A DNA stretch of 64,000 nt from Perkinsus chesapeaki ATCC PRA-425. Lineage: Eukaryota; Protista; Perkinsozoa. Of the stretch, positions 53,668-64,000 are shown piece by piece (positions within the stretch are counted from its first letter, which is position 1; each line of letters begins with the position of its first letter). The translations under genes and the position numbers were made by a program. The stretch is taken from NCBI GenBank assembly GCA_013115145.1, contig JAAPAO010000005.1:124001-188000 (forward strand), given 5' to 3'. The notes beneath the pieces were generated by a model, which had not been told where the DNA came from, ran no database searches, and saw nothing but the letters and a program-made list of their open reading frames with translations.

Positions 53668-55743
53668 ATGCCATCAGAAGTTGAGGAAGGGGATACACCC
53701 CCACCCCCACCAGCGGCAGCATCAGTAGAGGCTGCTGATACAGAAGAAGAACAACCACAGCCATCACAACAACAACAACAGGAGACTCCGTCGGATGAAG
53801 GAGCAGCAGTACAACAACAAAGTGAAGTGAAGGAGACTATAGTTAATGAGGATAATAATGAGAGTAAAGAGTCAATGAGACGTCATTCCTGTTGTTATTA
53901 TTTTGGTATAGGTCCTCAGCCACCAGCATCTTCTAGATCATCACTCAGTGCTCCTAGAAGGGGACATACACAAGAGAAGCCTAGAAGTGCTGATAGTGCA
54001 GTAGTAGTACTATAATGGATACTGTTGGTCGTATAAGCACTGTATATAGGATATTAAACCAGAAACAGCTGAAGGTAACAGTCCTAGGAGTAGTGATCAT
54101 CATCATCCTGCTACGACTACACCATCACCACCTAGTACATATAGAGGAGCTATTGTACGTGCTGATGATGTAATAGTTATACTTAATGCTATTGGAGAGT
54201 ATTACTTAGGATGATGATGATGGACATGGTGGTGATGGTAGTAGTAATGACCTCACAACAGTTGTACGTAAGGCTATTGATATGTATCAAAGTATACTAG
54301 GTGAATATGCAAGTGATACAAGGACAGCGGGACATGTAAATATAATAATAGCATCATTATCATTATTCGGATAATGTACTGTTAGACTCGTGCTGTACTT
54401 AATACATTACATAGAGCAGCTGCTGAATTGGGGTTATCTCCAAGTAAAGGGATAACTGATATTGTAATAACGGAAGAAGGCAGCCTATTTATCCTCATTC
54501 GACTATTTAGGATCAATCCTCATCTGCACTTGTATTAGCATCTATGTTACCAATAGCAGGGCCACCACCTACTGCAGATGATATGAAATATAATAGGGCT
54601 ATAGCTGATACATTCTACTTTTATACTATAAAGAATGCGTATATACCTCACGGCAATGGTGATGGTAGGTCTATGAAAAGATAGTAGTACCACCTTTACA
54701 TGTGTAGTTGTTAGTTACATTTGATATAATAGAAGCAGCTAGGCATCAATTACCATTTGCTGGTATATGGAAGATGTCAAAGGATCTCTCCTTAGTGCCT
54801 CATTTGGTAATAAACTTATATTCTATTACATAATACTATTAATAAACTATCACCATGGTACAGGTTAATAAAGAGGAAGTTTTAGAATGCTTCCGATATG
54901 CCTGTAAAGGTGATAGGTGTCTAAATGAACAACAGTTTAGAACATACTTATGTAATGTGGGTAGAATAGGTTTAAGTAGACCACCACATAATGTACCAAT
55001 AGAGGATGCTATGAAGGAATTATGCCGGTAATACAAGCCATGTACATGATATTGACAACATATATTAAAGCATTCTCTTTCTTTAGACGATATCTTATCC
55101 CTGGTTTGGATAAGATGCGTCGATTTGGTGGTGATATTGTACCTCCACTTTCAGCAAGGAAACCCTCTAAAGGTCATCAAGGGCCTTACTACTATTTAAA
55201 CTACGTAGGTGTTTCAGGTAATAAGAGAAGGCCAGCTGGACGTGTAATACGACAACAACAACAACAACAGACTAAGCCTAGCAGTCCAGTGGTATACTCC
55301 CCATCAGATAAAAGACCGTTACTGGTTAAGGCAGGGAGGGTAATGATACTCTGCTCCTCTGTTGCCTTTGTTACGTGGTAGCTGCATTCTCAGTTACGCC
55401 TACTCCAACCTCGTAAGGGTGATAATGGGGCACCTCGACTTGGTACTTAATTCCTTTAACTCGATAAACTAAGTCGCTATATATTCAGGTAATTGGCCTT
55501 TGCATTTGTTAAAGCCTGGAAGATATCATCGCCGAGGTAAGCAAGGTGATGCTAATGATGAGGATGATGTTGTTGATTTGGAAGCTTTAAATGAGAAGTA
55601 GTAGCTTTGTGCTTTATAGTCTCTATTATCATGGTATTGTCAGAGAACGGCGTATAATGGATATGTTGGATCGTAATGAAGATGCTAGAATGGATCGTGC
55701 TCTACATCGGCAAACAACTGCTCAAGAGCGAAGTGGTGCATGA
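53668..55743 (+). CDS. Hypothetical protein, multi-exon
   Basis: Acidic/P-rich N-terminus, then helical exons (AIADTFYFYTIKNA; VNKEEVLECFRYACKGDRCLNEQQFRTYLCN). Confidence 0.5.
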
Positions 55744-56086
55744 TGAACTGCTGTGTTGTGGCTGTCGTTGTTCTTCTAACTATTGGCTATAACTTGTTCT
55801 CCTCCTTTTCTTGTTCTTGTTGGCAGTAGCACTGATGATGTTTACTAGGGAATCTAGTCACACTATAATACTGACGATACTACTATCGTATAAATATATA
55901 CCGCTTATTCTGGTACTCATGCTGGATAATAATAATAATGAACATGGATAATAATAGGTGATGTAACCTACTAATGATGTTAAACCAATAACAGTTCAGA
56001 TTGTGTTAAGTACTATTTATATCTATCCAACTTGAGCCAACCAGCTATACGTCGTTCTTTAGTACGTTTTTGTATTTGATGCTGTA

Positions 56087-58300
56087 ATGTCAACGTCATC
56101 GTCATCGTCATCTCAACGGGATAGTATCGAGGCAGTACCTGAGTCACCAGTCATAGACGAAGCCGCCTCAACTGGTGGTGATGTCGCTGGTGCTGCTGCA
56201 GTAAATGATAATGCCCAAGGGCCTTTATTAGCCAGTTCAGAAGAGCAGACTACACTCTCTGTAAAGACTAAACGATACGTTGATGAGAGTGCTGATGATG
56301 GACCTTTTGGGAATTGGTTCCGGAAGCATCGAATGCATGTTATAGTTTTCACATACAGCGGTAAGTCGTTAAATATATGTTTAAGCAGTAGCTGTACCAT
56401 TCCTTGTTGTTGTTAGGTAAGCCTGTTTATACAAGATATGGCTCCCCAGATGGTGTATCAGCATTCTGTGGTGCCCTAGCTGCTATAGTATCCAAGTTTG
56501 GGCAGTTTTACCATATGTCTGGAGGAGTTAGTGATGACTCTATGAGATCTATCTCGACAACTGGTGGAACACGGTAAGCATTACATCATCCATCACAATC
56601 ATTTATATCAACGTTAATGCTATGTAGGTTTGTGTTCCTAGATCGTACACCACTATGGTTGGTAGCAGTATGTAAGGGACGATCAACAACACATGGAAAA
56701 AAGCAGGCACCTTTACCTATTGTACCACTAGCTCAGCTACGGTCGATGCTTAATGCTGTATATAGGCAAGTAAGGATATTACACAAACCTGCTTCATATG
56801 TTGTTCATATGTGTTCGTTCTGCTTGATAGTTAATTACAGTACTTACATCACAAGTAGAGCGAATGTTATTGCAACGCCCTAGCTATGATGCAAGAGCTT
56901 TGCTGGGTGGAACTGAGAGTGTTCTGGAGAATATTATACGATGGAGTGAGAGAGACCTTATAACACATTGTGATGGTAAGAAGAAGGGGGCTTGAGGGTT
57001 TTATAAGACTATACCTTTCATATCGTTTAGACTTGTCATGTTTCGAACCATTACCATTATCTCGAGCTACGAGAGATAAACTGACTGATACTCTATTGGC
57101 ACTTAAACCAGCAGGATTACTATCCCCTCATTGCTTCTCCGCTATGATATTGGGTGGCCATCGAGTGGCGGGTAAGAATACCTCACCCTCACACCATACC
57201 CTGTATAAGCAACACTTACTACTTTAGCTATGGTATCGGGGCCATCAAGGTTATTGAAACCATGCGATATGCCTACATTCATAAACCTAACCATTGCATC
57301 AGGATCTCTGAGGTCTGGATCATCTTGGTAGGCCATTACCATTCTGTCATCGGTAGTAGTATTGCTGTTGGTATGTTAGGTCCCCTGTATGTTTACCAGC
57401 TGGACTTGACCGCACTTCATTTGTATATTCCTATGTCCAAAAGCTATCAGGCGATGTATTTATTGTTTTCCTATGTGCAAGTCCTGACTCTGATACATTC
57501 TATACTTGCCAAAGAGCCGCTGATCATGTATCTCGTATGCTCACTCCAGTTGGTATAGTAAAGGATGTCCAGTTAGCATCGGATACAGCACCTATTAGTA
57601 TTGCTAATGATCCAGCATTAATACAGACATTAGGCGATATACCAATGGAGGCAAGGCGATACTCTCCGGCACCTGAAGGGGTTAAGATATTGGAGAAGGT
57701 GAATAACACTGCTGCTGTTGTTGTTGTATTGTTGTGTTTGACCGTATGGTGACCTTTTTAGGTTATTCATGTTGCTATGTATCTTCCAGCATCATCTCAG
57801 CTATTCTCATCGAGGGTTGATTACGATATAAGAGGGATATCTAGAGGGCATCTAGTGAAGGAAGTATGGCATAGTCTGTCTATTGCCGGCTGTGAGATAG
57901 TGTTATTCAAGATACATATCCGTTACGGTCAGTGTGTCGAGGTTATGCGATCGAGAGAAAAATCGAGCGGCAGGATGGTAGCTGGTAAAAAGATACTTTT
58001 GCCACAACAGGTGAGCTTGACTATTGCGAGTTAGCTTCTCTTCATTTATTCAATTGACAGGTGTGTCTTTGCACAACATATGAATGTTTTCTAGTTTGGT
58101 GGACTGAGGACTTTCATATGTATTTAACCGTACCGATGGGTACCCCTACGAGTGTTATAACACATGCTTATCAATGGGTAAAGTCAGCGGAAGACTATCT
58201 TTTTTTGGATACGCAGACTCCTATATGGGGTGATAAGCCCAGTGCTACAACAACAACCAGTGGCACCAGCAGCAGCTCTTCCTCGGGCTATTACTCGTGA
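56087..58300 (+). CDS. MON1: MON1/SAND family vacuolar fusion protein (Rab7 GEF subunit)
   Basis: HVIVFTYSGKPVYTRYGS; FCGALAAIVS; PLWLVAVCK; QLRSMLNAVYRQ; SYDARALLGGTESVL; CFEPLPLSRATRD. Confidence 0.82.
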
Positions 58301-58410
58301 CAAGAATCGTGACAGTTTCTAAATCCACCGTGTTGTGTCTAGTGTGGATTGATATACGCTTTCATTCAACTATTCTTTGCTGATAATAGGTTAATGAATG
58401 ATTATACGAC

Positions 58411-61161
58411 ATGCCGTTCCCTCGACCCCCTCCTTCCGTACCACGCTATAAGCTATTATTGGCCTTGTTTACCCTAGTGCCTGTTGCAATATGTTTGATA
58501 CCAATGTACTTGGCACCAGTTGGAGCATGGTATATACCACATATGGTAGGAATTAACCCGCCCCATCGCCTCTTAGTGTAGGATAAATTATCTGAGACGG
58601 GGTTCTCAATGAACCCATGCAAGTTAGATATAGATACTATTCATAAATAAATTCTGGCAATATATACACTTAGGCAAGAACTTGTGATTGACATTGACAT
58701 TATGTCTGATGTTGCATATTACCTTTGTATTGTGTATCAGATCCTTGGGCCTATATGGGCCGCCGTTGCATCTGACTTTGATTACCAATTTTGCAAGAAC
58801 TTCACTCGTAAGGCTGTGGCTGGTGTTTGGGTTGGTGCTACAACTGGTGCTCTAGTACATTACCTTATATCTATTATGAGTGGTACTTATGGTAACCCTG
58901 ATGAATATCCTAGATTATGGGCTGTATTTCTGCAACTTCCCTTCACGTTTATATTTTGTATGGCTCGTGGTAAAGCAGGATGTAAACTTAGTGATGTGTT
59001 CTTCGGCCAGCATGCCCTTATCGTATCTTCGATACCCACTGAGTTCTTTACTGTCAGTGCCTACGGTGAAGACCTCGTATATGCTGTATCTGGTACAGTT
59101 GGTCTTGTCTTATCCTTCGTCTTAATCACTCTTCTTAAACTCCTTCATTGGCTACCGGTAGCAGGATTGCCACCTTTCGAGCAATTCAGTTACCAGGCTG
59201 CTGCTTTCTATGACGTTTTGACCTCGTATGCGAATTCTGGCAAAAACCAACAGAAGATCATAGATGCTACATATAAAGACTTTGTTAAGGCATGTGTTGG
59301 TATTACAAAAGGTGCAGGCGGCCCAAAGGAGATATATGGCCCTGCTTGGCAAATGGCCGGTTTTCTGTTCTCTCTGCGTCAAGTAGAGCTCCGAGGGTGC
59401 TATTCTGATTTCATTATGGAACATTACTGGGACCCTCTAGCCAGCGAGATATTCAAGTTACGGTCTAATGTTGGTGCGGTACTTCGTAATCTTTATGATG
59501 CTAATGCAGATAGTGATATCTTATCTATCGATCTACGTGCCAGATCACGAATATTAGAATCTAAGCTACTACAAGTTGATAACATGGCTGAAAGAGGATA
59601 TATGGAGGGGAGATTTACACCTCCGAAGAGCTCCGAGTTCATGAGGTTCCAGTTCATGATAGGATCCATTATGTTCTTCGCAGTACGGGCTGAAGAATTC
59701 AAGGAAGCTGTTCTCGAACATAGAAAGGGCGATAAGTCCAAGAAGGTAATAGCTTCTATAGGATGTTCATCTTTATCATAGTGTTTCCTTCAGTCGAAGA
59801 ACATTTTCCGTGTGTTTTTCGAGGACTTTGTTGATTTCTGGAAGACCTGGTGGAAGAAGCCTTTCTTTAGTCGTACCGCTGAGGAGCATAGTATTCAACC
59901 ACAGTTAATGTTCGCATTAAGATTCACACTTGCTATCGTTGTAGCATCAGTTGTTCTAATAATTGGTGGATGGTACAGTTATGGTGTGTATCGTCATGCA
60001 CGATGGGCTATTGTTCCTCTTTACGTTTGCTTTATGCCTACTGTTGGATCATCTATACTAAGAGGAACAAGGCGTGTGCTCGGTACAATGGCTGGTGCCG
60101 CTCTTGGTATGATATGCATTGTGGCAAATTCTCATGATCGTGCTGCTGTATTTGTAGAAGCAATGGTAGTTGGTTTTGTGGGTAAGCTGGCTAGTATTTA
60201 TCCACCAATAGAATATGCTGGTAGACAGTTTATGAATACATGGTATGTTGTATGCCTTGATCTTGCATTATCTACTACAGACACTAAACGTGAAATGGTT
60301 ATAGCAGCCGCATGGAGAGTTGGCCTTACAACGGGTGGTATATTATATTGTACTATTCTCTCTGGAACATTATTCCCAGAATTCGCTTCCAATCAAATGA
60401 GGCTGCGTGCTGCCCATGCTATATCTCGTGCTGGTGAAGGAGTTGAGAGAGCTACTAATCAACTCGTAGCATCGAGGGAGTCTGAGGATGAGGCCGCTGA
60501 TGTACATGATTGTCGTCCACAATTTGGAACTGAAGTATTCGATAATATGCGTACTGTCATGGCATGTAAAGGTGATGCTTCTGCAGAGGTCGTTGCTCTT
60601 GATCATACCATGCTTATACCTGATATGTCAAAAAGAGTATATAGGAATATGGATGATATATTACGTCTAACCCGATACTCTTTAGTGCTACATAATGCAT
60701 TGGTATCAACTACGTTAAGGGTTAGTGGTCGTGCAGTGGAGATTCTGGATCCTATTATTCAACCACTACAGCAATTCAGTGCGGCTTTAGACGCATCTCG
60801 ATCTCATTTGGTAGAGGTGATGGTTAAACCTGAAAAAGAGAATCTTTCACCTCCTCCATTAGATGATATCAATGTTACGATGCAAGAATGCGTTGATGCG
60901 TTTTTAGCTGCTAGAAGAGATCTGGTTAAAGATGCCCTAAGTGGTTCTGATCGTGCCATAGAAGTTACCAATGGTGGTGGGTTTCGTGTGTATCATTTGG
61001 TTTATGCTTTATCAGTATTTGCTGATTTCTGGACTGATGTAGAAACGGAGCTCATTGGAAGGCTCAGACCATGTGAAATGATACGTCTATCAACTGATGC
61101 TGGTCAATCGAACCTGATAAGAACAATGTCCAGTACGAGAGCAACTGGTACTGGTCAATGA
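58411..61161 (+). CDS. FUSC / aromatic acid exporter / ALMT-like multipass transporter
   Basis: FALRFTLA, WAIVPLYVCFMPTVGSSILRGTRRVLGTMAGAALG and AAWRVGLTTGGILY...LFPEFA match the FUSC_2/ALMT pattern; an N-terminal hydrophobic half-repeat is also present. Confidence 0.75.
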
Positions 61162-61679
61162 AGCCTGATGACACCTACTATTAGGGGCCATTAGTGCAGG
61201 CCAATCAAGCCAAAGGGCAATGGTGCATAGTACGAGATAACTTGGTCGTGAATCAAATCTGTTAAAATCAACGTGTATAATCCCGAGAGAGTCCCTACTC
61301 TATGATACCATAGCCCGGAGGAGCTGGTAACCCATCGTATCGCCTACTACCAAGAATAGGACAATGAGTAGGATAAGCAGTAATGCAATGTGTAGATGTC
61401 CTCACCATACACCGTGAGGTGATTTCTCATTCGAGCAGCTCCATCTTTGAAGCAATATAAAATACCATACCTGATCCGGGATTCCTTGAACTAGTGCCAC
61501 CAATATCCAGCAGCTAATTGTTAATAATTTTCAATCGACTTGTGGTATTGTGTGCTTTGTGCTTTAGTAGTGGCATGGGGTCGATGAATCAGGGCTTCAA
61601 GGCCCGCACTTGTCTTTGGTTCTTAGCAGATAACGGCTTGTATCCTTGCTAAGGTAGTGTATGTCCCTTATGCTGATAA

Positions 61680-62365
61680 ATGTCTGCTACATCCTCTAAC
61701 GATGAGAGATCGCCTAAGCGTCTCAATGGCGCCAGCGTTAAACATACTACAGGAGACTATTCAGTAAGTAACTTATTCTAGACCGTTCCTTCCAATTACC
61801 TATTTTTCAGAGACTATCCTCAGATCAACAGCATGCATTGGATGATATTGCCAATATATGGACTACTCGTCATGCTGATGATATCACCAATTGTAGCTAT
61901 TGGATGACAGATGAAATTAGAAAGAGCATCCTGACGGGTGAACTGGTAGGAGGGTGTATCTCTCAGGACTGTCCTCCATGTTCCTTCACAATCCATCGTG
62001 GCATGTATGCTCTTCTTTACGATCAGAGTACTGATGGAGTTACTCCACGTGATGTTTATGATAAGTTTTACGATATTTATTTGGGATTAGAAGAGCAACA
62101 GGCAGCTAAAGAGAATGCATCTGGTAAGGTGGTCATTATTGAAGAGAAGCATTATCATATACTTTCAGTTCGAGATAGATGGAAGTGGGCGGTTAACATT
62201 AAGGATATGTGTTATAATATAAATGCTAGATTAAAGGATAGCGTAGACCTACTGGATGATGTGGATGTTGAGCGTGAGGAAGTTGTTGATAAGACAACAC
62301 AGCTACATAAACGCTGTGAGACCATGATGCGGGTGAGCGAGGGCTGGCAACAGGTGGTGAGCTAA
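61680..62365 (+). CDS. Hypothetical protein, 2 exons
   Basis: MSATSSNDERSPKRLNG...GDYS | RLSSDQQHALDDIANIW..., in frame across a GTAAGT...TTCAG intron. Confidence 0.55.
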
Positions 62366-63133
62366 GATTAGGCTTAGTTGAAATTAACTGCATTTATTTA
62401 TCTGTGGTATACTTGAATGGCTCCCGGAGTCTATTCAAAACTCTACACAGGACCTCACACATGTGATATCGCTTAACTAGGATGTACTGGATTGCAGTCT
62501 GTGGTTATTGAGTCTGAGTCACCAATTGTCACTACTCCACATGCTATATCTAGTTCCTCGGGACTTAATCAATTGCTTAGATCTTGGGCTTGTGAATTTA
62601 GCTTTGAATTTGGTGAAGCTGTAAAGTTGCATGCATACAGAATTGTGACATTGAGTTTTCATTACATACTGACTGGGAGTGTGACCTAATGCATCCACCT
62701 TTAACACAAAATGTAGCGATCTGGAATATATCCAAGTCGACCTCGTGTCCCACCATATGATTGTCGTTGGAGTTTGTGTTTTGGTAAAGCTCTCCACTTT
62801 CCATTATTTCACCATTACTTCATAACCTCAGTGTGTTCTCTCTATCAGGAACATAATAGGCTGGAAACAACCGCGGAGAGTATTTCTTCGAAGCTTGCAG
62901 TTTTTGATGATGTCAACAAAATAACACGGTAACCAATAATAAGTCATTCGTAGTCTGATCGAATAACAACAGCAATCCTCGTGTAGCAAAATGTTTGCTT
63001 AAGTTCGTTTGCTCCACGTGGCATGAGCGTGCGTAAATACATATATATCATGTGTATTACATCGTGTGTGTGTTGCAGCGTGTGTCACGATACTCGAGTT
63101 TCGTACGACACTCATTTCATCTGTTTCAGGCAA

Positions 63134-64000
63134 ATGAGCTTTTTGAGCTCATCCACTACCGATGATGTGTCCAAGTTATTCCCTCCTGGTACGGATCTAG
63201 CCGAGGGTCTAAAGGATCTTTTTGGACGTATCGATAACATAACGACATTTATGGAAGAACACTATGATTATCAAATGGTAGTAGTGCCATCAATAGGCTG
63301 CTGTCTGACAGAGTTGCTGTATTAGGCATCAGCTTGTCTATCTCAAATGTCACACTTACGGTCTCGTGCATCCTTCTCTGTGAGGTCACACCTAATAAGA
63401 CTCCTCGACGAGGCTGCAGCGGAGATATTGGTAACTATGAAGTCATGTTTAGGACATGCGTTATTGTCCATTTAGACCACTGGCAATGATAAAGATGTTT
63501 CCAGTAGCCTATATGAAGGATTCCAGGCAGCACGGACATCTGAGGTCATTTACATTCATTTGTGTATGATAGTTGGAATGTCCTTTGCGCTGTCAGGTCC
63601 GGCCCATTGTGGATGTCCTCTGCGGTATTGCAGGAGAAAATGATGATTATGTAACTACCATTTATGCAGTAAGCCCTGCAGCGTCTAGTATATATCCATT
63701 AGGTTAGCTCCAACTAGGTACATCAGTATTACTGTACAGTGAGACAGAATCCTGTTGCTGATTGGGTAAATACAGTTTTGGATAGGATGTCTGCTAGCGA
63801 GGGTAGAATGGAGGATACTCCAGCTGGGGTTGATGGGAATACTAGTACAGATGATGATACAGAGGAAAGTGATATAATACCGTATACTAGGCATGTAATA
63901 AATTGCTCTGTGTAGTGGAAGTTAGAAAGTTATTATTATTATTCAGGTATGTAGACAAGTGTTGTCGTTAGCTACAAAGGAATGCCAAACTTATACAGCA
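63134..64000 (+). CDS. Hypothetical protein, 3'-partial
   Basis: MSFLSSSTTDDVSKLFPPGTDLAEGLKDLFGRIDNITTFMEEHYDYQM followed by further exon-like segments. Confidence 0.4.

Overview
Gene-dense, AT-rich eukaryotic DNA with many short GT-AG introns and (AGT/CAT/CAA)n low-complexity tracts. Gene content (apicomplexan-type CDPK, AP2-like domains, IFT56, Zn-type ALAD) points to an alveolate, most consistent with Perkinsus/Perkinsozoa; this is an inference, no search was run. Most of the window is ordinary intron-rich genes: IFT56/TTC26, VAC14, an M50 site-2 protease, MSH5, RraA, Timeless, a CDPK, hemB/ALAD, SNU13, RPL31, RMND1/DUF155, MON1, a FUSC/ALMT-like transporter, RING proteins and several hypotheticals. 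The standout is a ~4.15 kb insertion (6779-10933). It has perfect 121-bp inverted repeats and a 10-bp flanking direct repeat (TCGGCGCAAG), and it carries a spliced Pif1-family (SF1B) helicase gene but no recognisable transposase. It also holds a tRNA-like Pol III unit and many palindromes, and sits in the shared upstream region of two head-to-head paralogous AP2-like genes. Exon boundaries were read by eye and many are approximate.
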